Of a stretch of DNA of 64,000 nucleotides, positions 35,267-44,767 are shown in pieces. Numbering within the stretch: position 1 is the first letter of the stretch; each line of letters starts with the position of its first letter. The position numbers were made by a program, and so were the translations under genes. Source of the DNA: an uncultured Gammaproteobacteria bacterium (GTDB lineage: Bacteria > Patescibacteriota > Patescibacteriia > CAZSQN01); assembly GCA_964609095.1 (NCBI GenBank), contig CAZSQN010000003.1, positions 12,687-76,686 of the forward strand. Reading direction: 5' to 3'. The notes below the pieces were generated by a model that was not told the DNA's origin, searched no databases, and saw only the letters and a program-made list of their open reading frames with translations.

Positions 35267-36547
35267 TTATTCACGAACTAAAATCTCTTCCGCCTTCTCC
35301 GGCTCGGCCATAAGCTCCAAAACAGCTTTTTCCATACGCATTCCGCGCGAGCCCTTGATTAAAATAACATCACCCGTCTTAATTCTCTCTTGCGCGAACA
35401 ATCCGGCCTCTTCCGATATTCCAAAATGAAATACTTTTCCCTCATCCATTCCGGCTTCTTTAGCCGCTTTCATGATTTCCGCGCCAAGCTCTCCAACGCA
35501 AATCAAGACGTCAACGCCCAATTCCACGGCACGGCGGCCAATTTCAATATGATAATTAACGCTTTCGCTCCCAAGCTCCAGCATATCGCCCAAAATAGCG
35601 TAATGTTTATTGTTTTCGGCAATGGGAACGGCCGCGAGCTCCTCCATGGCCTTGTTCATCGCGGCCGGCGAAGCGTTATACGAATCATCAATCAGCAAAG
35701 TATGCTTTATTCCCGGAATAAGCCGCATCCTGCCCGGAAGCGGCGCGTAACCGTGCAGGCCCTCAACAATGTCATGATAATTTAATCCAAACGCCGCTCC
35801 GCAGGCGGCGCCGGAAGCAGCCGCCAGCGCGTGGCTCCTCCCCAGTACGCCGTCAATATGCACCGGCAGAACCGAACCGTCGGCGTAAAGCTTAAAAGCG
35901 ATTCCGCGAACCTGTTCTTCAATAAATTCTCCCGGCGCGGCAAAAATCATAATTTCTCCGGCCATGATGTCTCCGTTTTCCGTTCCGTAGGAAATTATTT
36001 TTCTCTTTATTTTTTTTATCTCCTCCGCGACCGACGGGTCATCGGCGTTGCCGATGACTGTTCCGTTCGGGCGGACTCCGGCCCACAATTGCAGTTTCTC
36101 TTTCCGCACTTCGGAGAGCGAAATAAATTTTTCAAGATGAACCGGCGTTATGGCCGTGATAATCGCCGCGTGCGGCGCCGCGATATCAGCCAATTTTTTA
36201 ATGTCTCCCGGCCGGTCAGCTCCCATTTCTAAAATCAAAACATCGGGGTAGCTGTGGTCGGTTGCCGCGAGAAGCTTGACGGTCCGCAATATTACTCTTA
36301 TCCATTTCAAAACAGATCTGCCGGGCGCGGGCAAATCAAGGATGGTAAGCGGCGCGCCTATCTCGGTATTATAATTGCTTCTGCTTGCCCGGACCACAAG
36401 CGAGCGCCGCAAAACCGCAAAAGCGGCTTCTTTTGCCGAACTCTTGCCAACCGTGCCGGTGATGGCGACTATTTTGGGCTGGTACTTTTTAAGTACCGCC
36501 TTGGCGCAAATGGCTAAAAATTTAATTGCCAGTTTTTTCATAACCAC
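35267..36547 (-). CDS. murF: UDP-MurNAc-tripeptide--D-alanyl-D-alanine ligase.
   Basis: ITGTVGKSSAKEA P-loop and a Mur-ligase middle/C-terminal pattern (ASPAAMNKAMEEL...GDMLELG). Confidence 0.8.
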   Translation of the reverse strand: MVMKKLAIKFLAICAKAVLKKYQPKIVAITGTVGKSSAKEAAFAVLRRSLVVRASRSNYNTEIGAPLTILDLPAPGRSVLKWIRVILRTVKLLAATDHSYPDVLILEMGADRPGDIKKLADIAAPHAAIITAITPVHLEKFISLSEVRKEKLQLWAGVRPNGTVIGNADDPSVAEEIKKIKRKIISYGTENGDIMAGEIMIFAAPGEFIEEQVRGIAFKLYADGSVLPVHIDGVLGRSHALAAASGAACGAAFGLNYHDIVEGLHGYAPLPGRMRLIPGIKHTLLIDDSYNASPAAMNKAMEELAAVPIAENNKHYAILGDMLELGSESVNYHIEIGRRAVELGVDVLICVGELGAEIMKAAKEAGMDEGKVFHFGISEEAGLFAQERIKTGDVILIKGSRGMRMEKAVLELMAEPEKAEEILVRE

Positions 36548-36572
36548 TAATTAAAGATGAGATTTATGGTAA

Positions 36573-37454
36573 TTATTCTGTCCACCAATCAAAATTATCC
36601 GAAATTATGATTTCCCTTTTTTCCAAATGATGTGTTGTCTTCATGGGTACCATTCTATATTTTAGATGGTACTTATGAACCAGATTTCTAATTTTTTCAC
36701 TATCATCATAAGTCAACATAAACTTACCCTTAATTTCAGCGGCAATAACAAACAATCTCTCGTGGTCCAAATCGTAATGAGTATAAAGTCGCTTCCCCGC
36801 AGTAGTATATGGCGGGTCAATAAAGAAAAAACTGTCGGGATTATTTTTATATTGTTCAATTATTTCAAAACCATCTCCAGTATAAAAATTAATTTTATCC
36901 TTAATAAAATTAATTGCAAGTATTCTACTTTGAAGCGTCTTGGGATACCAACGCGAACGGATACCTTTCCCATTTTCTCCTTTTTTAATCAATCCAGAAC
37001 CTTTAGCCATAATACCGCCATGAAAAATTCTATTTTTAAGAATGGTGCAAAATGCAACGTCATTAATTTGTTTTCTTTGTTTTTCAAATTCCGTTTTGGC
37101 ATTTTTATATGTTAAATCAAAATTATAAATTTTATCGGCAAGCCATTTATTTTTTCCATTTAAAATAACATTCCAAACAGCCGCAATTTCTCTATCCAGT
37201 TCAACCATTGTGATATGTTCAGCAAGATTTTCAAAAGCCGCCGTCAAACTGACAATACCCCCTCCAGCAAAAGGTTCTATTAAATGAGACGCTTTCTTAT
37301 TCTGCATTAACCATTGACGAACAATGGGTATTAACCATGTTTTGCCGCCTGGGTATCGAAACGGACTGCGCTGCGGCACAGATGCAACATTAACAATTTT
37401 GTTTGATTGTTTTTGTAGGCTTTCTGTTTTTAAAATTGTTAATTGCGTTTGCAT
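36573..37454 (-). CDS. Dam-family (D12 class) N6-adenine DNA methyltransferase.
   Basis: SPFRYPGGKTWL, EPFAGGG (motif I) and FFFIDPPY (motif IV). Confidence 0.85.
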   Translation of the reverse strand: MQTQLTILKTESLQKQSNKIVNVASVPQRSPFRYPGGKTWLIPIVRQWLMQNKKASHLIEPFAGGGIVSLTAAFENLAEHITMVELDREIAAVWNVILNGKNKWLADKIYNFDLTYKNAKTEFEKQRKQINDVAFCTILKNRIFHGGIMAKGSGLIKKGENGKGIRSRWYPKTLQSRILAINFIKDKINFYTGDGFEIIEQYKNNPDSFFFIDPPYTTAGKRLYTHYDLDHERLFVIAAEIKGKFMLTYDDSEKIRNLVHKYHLKYRMVPMKTTHHLEKREIIISDNFDWWTE

Positions 37455-37457
37455 AGT

Positions 37458-38345
37458 TTAACTACTAATAATATCCTTTAATGTCGGGGCATCCGGTGAA
37501 TTACTTTCTAATCTTTCGTCCAATTTATCTTGGAGAAGATTAACAAAATCTGAAATATTTCCCGGCTTGGGAGTCGTCACGCAAAGCAAAGCGGGTTCAA
37601 ATTTTGTATAAACAGTATCAACTAACGTGAGATGATATTGTTTAGTATTTTTATCTAAAATAAGATCGTAAAGAAACCAAGCTATCTCTGCGTTTTCCTT
37701 TTTTACGGTTGGCAATTTCGGCAAAGTATCAAAAAAGGATTTTTGTAACGCAACGGCTTGTTTTTTGTTCCAAGTCTTAAATATTCCACCTTTATAAAGC
37801 ATCTGTGGGATAAGTCGTTTTCGTGATGAGGAGAGATAATCAGGTTTAGGATAATTATAACCCTTTGGCCAATAAAACTTGCTAGATGGCCTTTTAATAT
37901 AAGCTTCGAAAGGATTACGAAGATTGCCTGAAATATACACGCCTTGTACTTCAAGCGAGGCAAAGTCCGTCAACTGTCCTTTGTCGTTATAAGAAACTAA
38001 AACTAAATCAACATTTCCGGCTGATTCTCCATTACGGTCAAGTAATTTAACTTCAGTCAAAGACGTCCATTTGCTTTTTTCGTTGAAGAAAAACCTAGCT
38101 GCGTCTTCAACAATAAGCCACTCTTCGCGAAAACGAATTGGGCAGGTAATTACGGGCTTTCCATTATGGATAACACTACATACACCTAAAGGATTATTTG
38201 CTTTGTCTTTCGTGCAGTTAGGGACTTTATTGTTGAAAGGACACAATTTCCGATCACAATATCGTTTTGCTTTTCCCGTGTCATTGGATATAGGGAATCC
38301 AAAAATTTCAGCTAAAGGATTGGAATTATTTTGACTCGAAGGCAT
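37458..38345 (-). CDS. Putative Type II restriction endonuclease partner of the Dam-family methyltransferase. It has an N-terminal Cys cluster.
   Basis: Immediately upstream of and co-oriented with the methyltransferase (3-nt gap). N-terminal Cys-x4-Cys...Cys-x15-Cys cluster. Possible catalytic core NVDLVLV...LEVQ. No definitive family match is possible by eye. Confidence 0.4.
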   Translation of the reverse strand: MPSSQNNSNPLAEIFGFPISNDTGKAKRYCDRKLCPFNNKVPNCTKDKANNPLGVCSVIHNGKPVITCPIRFREEWLIVEDAARFFFNEKSKWTSLTEVKLLDRNGESAGNVDLVLVSYNDKGQLTDFASLEVQGVYISGNLRNPFEAYIKRPSSKFYWPKGYNYPKPDYLSSSRKRLIPQMLYKGGIFKTWNKKQAVALQKSFFDTLPKLPTVKKENAEIAWFLYDLILDKNTKQYHLTLVDTVYTKFEPALLCVTTPKPGNISDFVNLLQDKLDERLESNSPDAPTLKDIISS

Positions 38346-38377
38346 AATAAAAAGAATTAATATTTGAACTTTATAGC

Positions 38378-40129
38378 TTATTCACGATCCGGCGGGACAT
38401 TCATATATTGTAACAAAAATTTGGCTATTTCTCCAAAAAGAGGCGCGGCTGTTGACTCGGCCCATTCCACATCGCGCGGATGGTCTACGCGGGCAAGCAT
38501 AACGAATTTGGGATTCTTTAGCGGCGCGAAGCCCGCGAACGAGCCAATAGTGGCGTCCTTTTCATAACCACCCCCGCCGGCCTTGGGAATCTGCGCCGTG
38601 CCGGTTTTCCCGGCCACAAAATAACCAGGAACTCCGGCGCGCTTGCCGTGACCGTTTTCCACCACCGAAACAAGCATATTGGAAATAATGGCCGAAGCCC
38701 GCGGCGAAATAACTCTGGCTGTTTCTTTTGGCGCGGTTTTTATTATTGTGCCGTCGCTGCGCCTGATTTCATCAACAATATACGGCCGCATCAGCTTCCC
38801 GCCGTTACCAAGAGCCGCAAATGCGGCCACCATCTGCAAGGGAGTCACCGCTATGCCCTGACCGAAAGAAGCCGTGGCCGCGTAGATTTCTCCGCGTTTG
38901 GACAGCGAGCTTATGTCGCCGGCAACCTCGCTCATCATTTCTATGCCGGTTTCTTCGCCAAATCCGAATGCCTTTACATAGCGGCGGAACTCGCCGTCAT
39001 CAAGCTGCCTCATGGCAAAAACGGCGCCGGTGTTAAGCGAATTCTGAAGCACCTGCGCCATGGTCTGGACGCCATTTGCTTTTCCGTCAGAATTTTTAAT
39101 TTCATGCGGCCCTATTTTCACGCTCCCGGTGTCGGTATAGGCGGTGTCAACCGAAACCTTGCCCGCGTCAACTGCCGCCGCCATGGTAATGGGCTTAAAA
39201 ACGGAGCCGGGTTCATATTGAAAAAAAATTGCCGGATTGTTAAAAACGGAAACATTCTCCACTTCCCCAAATTTATTCGGGTCATAATCAGGGTAAGAGC
39301 ACATAGCCAAAATCGCGCCCGTTTCCGGTTCCATAATAATCACCGTTCCTCCGTCGGCGCTGTGGCGCTCCACGGCTTGGCGCAATTTATCGCAGGCGAC
39401 AAATTGGATGGTGCGGTCAAGAGTAAGCACGAGATCAGAGCCGTCGCGCGCGAAAACCGGCTTGCGCCCGGCTCCAAGCAATCCGCCTAATCCTGATTTT
39501 TGCGAGGCAATCCTTGCCGGAGTTCCGGCCAGCTCCTTTTCAAAATATCCTTCAAGCCCGTATCTGCCCTTTCTGCCGCCCTCATCCTCTCCCACAAAAC
39601 CGGTAATATGCCCTCCCAAGCGCCCCTCGGGATAAACGCGCATAACCTCCCGTTTCCATTTTATTCCTTTGATTCCCAGTTCCTTTATTTTTTGCGCTTC
39701 TTCGTCGGAAACTTTTCCTTTCAAGGGTTCATAAGGGTCGCCGGAACGATTAAGCTTATCGGCAATCTCCTCCTCTTCCAAACCCAAAATCGGAGCGAGT
39801 TTGGCCGCCGCCCCATTAGGGTCAGCAATGTCTTTCGGCTCCGCGTAAATTGCGTAAACGACCGTGTTGGCCGCCACCGGCTGAAGTTCCGCGCTATCCC
39901 TGTCGCGCACAAAAATTTCGCCGCGGACGGGATTGAGTTTTGAAAAAATATCCTGCCTGCCGGAAGCTATGCCGTTATAAACGTCATAATCCACGACCTG
40001 CAGCAAAAAAAGCTTGACCGAAAGCAGAACAAACGCAAAAACCAATCCTTTGGCAAAAAACGGAAGACGTTTAAGCGAGGCGTCTCCGCGAATTTTCCAT
40101 TTTTCTCCGGATCTGGCAAATCGCGACAT
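38378..40129 (-). CDS. Penicillin-binding protein 2 / FtsI-type peptidoglycan transpeptidase.
   Basis: N-terminal TM anchor. SVFK (SxxK), SLN (SxN), KTGTA (KTG). 583 aa. Confidence 0.88.
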   Translation of the reverse strand: MSRFARSGEKWKIRGDASLKRLPFFAKGLVFAFVLLSVKLFLLQVVDYDVYNGIASGRQDIFSKLNPVRGEIFVRDRDSAELQPVAANTVVYAIYAEPKDIADPNGAAAKLAPILGLEEEEIADKLNRSGDPYEPLKGKVSDEEAQKIKELGIKGIKWKREVMRVYPEGRLGGHITGFVGEDEGGRKGRYGLEGYFEKELAGTPARIASQKSGLGGLLGAGRKPVFARDGSDLVLTLDRTIQFVACDKLRQAVERHSADGGTVIIMEPETGAILAMCSYPDYDPNKFGEVENVSVFNNPAIFFQYEPGSVFKPITMAAAVDAGKVSVDTAYTDTGSVKIGPHEIKNSDGKANGVQTMAQVLQNSLNTGAVFAMRQLDDGEFRRYVKAFGFGEETGIEMMSEVAGDISSLSKRGEIYAATASFGQGIAVTPLQMVAAFAALGNGGKLMRPYIVDEIRRSDGTIIKTAPKETARVISPRASAIISNMLVSVVENGHGKRAGVPGYFVAGKTGTAQIPKAGGGGYEKDATIGSFAGFAPLKNPKFVMLARVDHPRDVEWAESTAAPLFGEIAKFLLQYMNVPPDRE

Positions 40130-40137
40130 ATTTTTTT

Positions 40138-41340
40138 CTACATGCCAACGCCAAAATCATACAGCCCGCCGGGCCCGTTGGGATTTTGAGCGTTATTTAC
40201 TTCATCGCCGTCCGAGATTCCGTCGCTGTCCGTGTCAGCCAAATTTGGATTGCTGCCATAAAATCTTTCCGCGGTATCAGGCAGCCCGTCTTTATCGGCG
40301 TCGCTATTAAAATCTGGCAAAGACGGCATCGCCGCGGGAAGCGGAGCGTTGTTTTGATTTATAAAAAACTGGCTTGCCGCCGGCGCGCCGGGCATAAGGC
40401 GGCGCGGCGATAAACCTTTGCCAACCGCCTCTTCCAATGTTTTTGCCTCTTCTGGAACTTCTACCGCGACCGGCTTATTATGATTGTTCAAGAGCAAAGA
40501 AATTTCCACTTTTTCTCCTTTGGAGGTATTGCCTGCTGCCAAAAACTTATACGGCCAGCGGCGGAAGATGCTGGCCCAAACGTCAATCTGGGATTTTCCG
40601 ATTTCTTTGATTCTGGCGTCTATCTCATCCAGTTCTTTGCCGCTAAGCTCGCGGCCGGCAAAGGTTTGCTCGTATTCAATTAAAAATTTTTTAAACTTTT
40701 CGGGGTCGGGAATCAAAACCAAATGAATGGTCCAGGCGCCGTCAATTTTTTCAAATTTGTTTTTTCTTTCTATCTTAAACGGCTTATGCTTCGCCAAAAG
40801 CTTAATCGCCGTCTGCCGCTTTTCGGCGCTGATTTTATCCGCCAGCGCATCCGGCGAAATGGATTTGGGAATGCGATTAACCGGAAATTTCAGCCAAACA
40901 TTCAGGTATTGACCAAACATTCCGCCAAAAATCTCCGGCAATTTTAAAATTTTTAAATAACCGGCGTTGTCTTTGTATCTCGCCTCCAGCCGGGCGAGAA
41001 TTTTGCTTTCTTCCGCTCCGGCTTCCGCGTCAATAAAACCTGATAATAACGGGTTTGCCGGATTCTTCCAGCTGTAATCCCCTTTTGCCAAAACAGAGAT
41101 TTCCGTCTCCTTGCCCAATGCTCCGCCTCCCAAAGGAGCAATCTGCGCGTTAACCGAAAGTTTGCTTTTCGCGCGCGCTTCCACGCGCGCGGAATTCAAG
41201 GACTCAATTTTTTTAAGCATGTCCGCGTAAACGCGCCGCGGGCTCACCCAATAGACGGCGGCCGCTCCGATTGTTAAAAAAACAATTCCGAAAATAAAAA
41301 TCTTTTTCATAATATAAAAACAGTATGATACTGCCGCCAT
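40138..41340 (-). CDS. Secreted hypothetical protein with C-terminal thrombospondin-type-3-like Ca-binding repeats.
   Basis: Signal peptide MKKIFIFGIVFLTIGAAAVY. C-terminal DADKDGLPD...DTDSDGISDGDE. Confidence 0.45.
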   Translation of the reverse strand: MAAVSYCFYIMKKIFIFGIVFLTIGAAAVYWVSPRRVYADMLKKIESLNSARVEARAKSKLSVNAQIAPLGGGALGKETEISVLAKGDYSWKNPANPLLSGFIDAEAGAEESKILARLEARYKDNAGYLKILKLPEIFGGMFGQYLNVWLKFPVNRIPKSISPDALADKISAEKRQTAIKLLAKHKPFKIERKNKFEKIDGAWTIHLVLIPDPEKFKKFLIEYEQTFAGRELSGKELDEIDARIKEIGKSQIDVWASIFRRWPYKFLAAGNTSKGEKVEISLLLNNHNKPVAVEVPEEAKTLEEAVGKGLSPRRLMPGAPAASQFFINQNNAPLPAAMPSLPDFNSDADKDGLPDTAERFYGSNPNLADTDSDGISDGDEVNNAQNPNGPGGLYDFGVGM

Positions 41341-41375
41341 AATATCATATTAAGGCCGGCCCGTCCCGCGTTTTT

Positions 41376-42065
41376 TCATTTTCCAAAACGCCGCTCGCGA
41401 TTTTGGTACCAGGCCAAGGCCTCGTCTAAATCGCTTTGTTCAAATTCAGGCCAATGTTTTTGCGCAAAATATAGTTCGCTGTAAGCGCCTTGATAAGTTA
41501 AAAAGCCGGATGTCCTTTGCTCGCCGGAAGTGCGGATGATTAAATCCGGATCTGACGCTTCCGGCGCGTACAAAAATTTTCTAAGCGATTCTTCCGTCAT
41601 CGTTTCCATCTCCATTCCAGAGCTAATCGCCTTTTTCGCCGCGTCAACAATCTCGGCCCGGCCGCCGTAATTGATGGCAATGTAGAGCGTTCCCTTTTTA
41701 TTTTCCGCTGTTGCCGCTTCCGCCTCGGGAATAGCGCCAGCCACATTTTCGGGCAAACCCTCGCGCCGGCCGATAATGCGAAGTTTTATTCCACGTTTCG
41801 TAAATTCGCCCAATTCTTTGGTCAGGGCAAAATGAAGAAGATTCATTAAATAATCAACCTCTTCTTTAGAGCGGTTCCAATTTTCAGTTGAGAAAGCAAA
41901 GGCGGTCATCTCGCTAATGCCGCGGGCAAAACACCAATCGGCAACTTCTTTTAATTTATTATAGCCGCGCCTGTGCCCTTCCAAAGTTGGCAACCCGCGG
42001 CTTCGCGCCCAACGCCTGTTGCCATCCATAATAAAGGCAATGTGTTTTAAGCTGGTATTTTCCAT
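41376..42065 (-). CDS. uppS: Undecaprenyl-diphosphate synthase.
   Basis: HIAFIMDGNRRWA and the C-terminal RTSGEQRTSGFLTYQ(G/S)AYSELYF. Confidence 0.9.
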   Translation of the reverse strand: MENTSLKHIAFIMDGNRRWARSRGLPTLEGHRRGYNKLKEVADWCFARGISEMTAFAFSTENWNRSKEEVDYLMNLLHFALTKELGEFTKRGIKLRIIGRREGLPENVAGAIPEAEAATAENKKGTLYIAINYGGRAEIVDAAKKAISSGMEMETMTEESLRKFLYAPEASDPDLIIRTSGEQRTSGFLTYQGAYSELYFAQKHWPEFEQSDLDEALAWYQNRERRFGK

Positions 42066-42066
42066 A

Positions 42067-43356
42067 TTACAGATATTTTCTCCCTTTTAATTCCTCCGGC
42101 AGATATTCCTGCTCCACCGGTCCGGCAAAGTCCGGATTGTATTTGTATTCTTTGCCGTAGCCAAGATTCTTCATCAGCTCTGTTGGCGCGTTCCTAACAT
42201 GAAGCGGTACCGGAGCGTTGCCAAAATTCTTAACATCTTCTTGAACCAAGCCGTAGGCCTTATAGAGCGCGTTGGATTTAGGAGCGCGTGATAAGTAGAC
42301 AACCGCTTGCGCTAAATTAACATTGCACTCCGGCATCCCGAGCATATGAGCCGCCTGATATGCGGCAACCGCCTGCGGCAAGGCATTCGGGTCTGCCAAA
42401 CCAATGTCTTCCGAGGCAAAACGGATAAGCCGGCGAGCAATATAAAGCGGGTCCTCACCGGCCTCCAGCATCCTGCCCAGCCAGTAAAGAGCGGCGTTCT
42501 CGTCGCTTCCGCGCATTGATTTATGAAGCGCGGAAATGATATTGTAATGCTCTTCGCCCAGACGGTCGTAAAGCAGATTTTTTTTCTGCAAGGCGGAAGA
42601 GATATGCTCTTTTTTTAAAAAAATAACGCCGTCATTGCCGCAAGGAACGGACTTGGCCGCAAGCTCCAAAAGCGAAAGAGCCAGCCGCGCGTCGCCATTG
42701 GCAAGCGAAGCAATGCTTTTAAGCGCTCCTTCTTCGGTTTGTATCTTAAAGCCGGCCAGACCGCGCCCGGCGTCACTTATCGCGCGAGTAAGAAGCGATT
42801 CTATTTCTTCCACCTTAAGCGGTTCCAGCACAAAGACCCTGGCGCGCGACAGAAGCGCGTTATTTATCTCAAAACTGGGATTTTCGGTTGTCGCGCCGAT
42901 AAGCGTAATAGCTCCCCTCTCTATATATGGAAGAAGCGCGTCCTGCTGGACCTTGTTCCAGCGGTGGATTTCGTCAATAAAAATAATAGTGCGCGTCCCG
43001 GAATAAGCGCGGCGCGCTTTCGCCTCCGCAAGCATTTTGCGCAGCTCTGCCAATCCGGACGAAACGGCGGAAATATGCTCAAAATGGGATTTGGTTGCTT
43101 TGGCGATAATGCCGGCAAGAGTTGTCTTGCCGACTCCCGGAGGCCCCCAAAAAATAAGCGAAGGAATCTCGTCTTTTAGCAAAAGAGTCCGCAAAACGCC
43201 TTTTTCTCCCACAAGCGCCTCCTGTCCGACAAATTCATCAAGAGTGCGCGGCCGCATCCGTTCCGGCAACGGGGGGTAGTAGAGCTTCGCTTCACTACCC
43301 CCCATCGGCGCCTCGCTCTTTAATTTCTCCTCTGCCGCGTTGGAAAATAAATCCAT
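42067..43356 (-). CDS. rarA: Replication-associated recombination protein A (AAA+ ATPase).
   Basis: LIFWGPPGVGKTTLAGIIAKA, Walker B IIFIDEIHRWNK and the MgsA C-terminal helical lid. Confidence 0.85.
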   Translation of the reverse strand: MDLFSNAAEEKLKSEAPMGGSEAKLYYPPLPERMRPRTLDEFVGQEALVGEKGVLRTLLLKDEIPSLIFWGPPGVGKTTLAGIIAKATKSHFEHISAVSSGLAELRKMLAEAKARRAYSGTRTIIFIDEIHRWNKVQQDALLPYIERGAITLIGATTENPSFEINNALLSRARVFVLEPLKVEEIESLLTRAISDAGRGLAGFKIQTEEGALKSIASLANGDARLALSLLELAAKSVPCGNDGVIFLKKEHISSALQKKNLLYDRLGEEHYNIISALHKSMRGSDENAALYWLGRMLEAGEDPLYIARRLIRFASEDIGLADPNALPQAVAAYQAAHMLGMPECNVNLAQAVVYLSRAPKSNALYKAYGLVQEDVKNFGNAPVPLHVRNAPTELMKNLGYGKEYKYNPDFAGPVEQEYLPEELKGRKYL

Positions 43357-43441
43357 ATTTGTCCTACGAATCTTAACGCTTTAATTGATTTGAATCAATA
43401 TATCTGCTAAAATGACACGAGCTTTGATTTCTAAGATTATT

Positions 43442-43513
43442 CGGGGTGTAGTTCACCGGTAGAACGCTCCGTTCGGGTCGGAGAGGCAGCAGGTTCAATT
43501 CCTGTCACCCCGA
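43442..43513 (+). tRNA. tRNA-Pro (anticodon CGG), no encoded CCA.
   Basis: Manual cloverleaf. Acceptor CGGGGTG/CACCCCG. D-arm GTTC-ACCGGTA-GAAC. Anticodon stem CTCCG/CGGAG with loop TTCGGGT. Variable loop AGGCA. T-arm GCAGG-TTCAATT-CCTGT. Discriminator A. Confidence 0.85.
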
Positions 43514-43539
43514 ATAATTTTAGAAGACGATTTAATTTT

Positions 43540-44052
43540 ATGCGTTTGTTTTCTGCGGGAATTATAGATAGTTATATTGAACCGAAATTTGGTAAATTCG
43601 CAGATGAAACTGATAAGATTCAAGGAGTGCCCAGCCGCTCTATTCCTATTTCTTGGAGCGACCTTCCAAAAAATACAAAGAGTTTGGCCTTGATCATGCA
43701 AGATTACGACGCCATACCTGTTTGCGGTTTCAGCTGGATTCATTGGACCGTGGCAAATATTGATCCGCCAAAAAATGAGTTGCTGGAAAATGCAAGCCGC
43801 AATGATGCAAGCATCATCCAAGGTAAAAATAGTCTGGCCCCAAAACAAATCTGCGGTGAATCGCCCGAAAGTATCACAAACTTTTATGGAGGGCCGAGAC
43901 CGCCGGACAAAAATCATGAATACGAAATAACTCTTTTTGCTTTAGATACAAAACTTAATCTCTCTACTGGATTTTGGCTTAACGAACTTGTTAAAGCCAT
44001 GAGAGGACACATCTTGGATTCATCCCCAATTTACGGCATCTATCGCGCGTAA
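43540..44052 (+). CDS. YbhB/YbcL-family PEBP (phosphatidylethanolamine-binding / Raf-kinase-inhibitor-like) protein.
   Basis: YDAIPVCGFSWIHWTVANI and YGGPRPPDKNHEYEITLFALD match the PEBP signature. Confidence 0.65.
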   Translation: MRLFSAGIIDSYIEPKFGKFADETDKIQGVPSRSIPISWSDLPKNTKSLALIMQDYDAIPVCGFSWIHWTVANIDPPKNELLENASRNDASIIQGKNSLAPKQICGESPESITNFYGGPRPPDKNHEYEITLFALDTKLNLSTGFWLNELVKAMRGHILDSSPIYGIYRA

Positions 44053-44089
44053 TTAAACCCAATGGAAACACGTTACAAAAGGATAAAAT

Positions 44090-44671
44090 ATGAAATATGT
44101 TAAAAATACAACTTGGGAAGATGTCTTTAAGGGATGGCGCGATCGAGAAGCTAATAATCCCGGTTGGGTTCACTGCGCTACAAAAATTAAAGGATGGCCT
44201 GATTGGGAATCATGGAGGCGATTTACCGCCAAGCAGATAGACGCCGAAGATCGTAAGTGGCAAATATTTGAATTTTCCAATCCAATGGAAGAAGTTTCCC
44301 AAATGCTCATTGGCCCATATTCGGGTTGGCAATCAAGAGTCATCAGTAAAAACAGCACAACATTCCAAGAATTATTGGAGATTCCTGAACAGTATGAGCA
44401 TTTCAGCAAACACGAAGGAGTCATATCAATTTTGAACGGTTTACCATTTACGACAGAATTTATCGGGCTTCTTCGAGAAGATATAAATAAGGTTGTATGC
44501 GTGGAAGGACATCATCGCGCTACCGCAATGGCGTTGGCCGGACAACAAAAAAGACAGATAGACTTCAACAATCATAAGATAACTATTGCCTTATCTCGTC
44601 TTCCTGTTAAAGAATGTTATCTATTTGATGAACTGCTAAAGAGAGGGTCATCGAAAAATACTCAGAGTTAA
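44090..44671 (+). CDS. Hypothetical protein with a ParB/Srx-like motif.
   Basis: VVCVEGHHRATAMALAG resembles the ParB-like nuclease-domain core. Confidence 0.35.
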   Translation: MKYVKNTTWEDVFKGWRDREANNPGWVHCATKIKGWPDWESWRRFTAKQIDAEDRKWQIFEFSNPMEEVSQMLIGPYSGWQSRVISKNSTTFQELLEIPEQYEHFSKHEGVISILNGLPFTTEFIGLLREDINKVVCVEGHHRATAMALAGQQKRQIDFNNHKITIALSRLPVKECYLFDELLKRGSSKNTQS

Positions 44672-44767
44672 GGAATAACCATATTTTTTTATTTACCATC
44701 TTCTTGATATCTATCATTCTTTTTGCTAATCTGCCAAATGTCCTAAAATAACGACAAGGAGGGCGAA

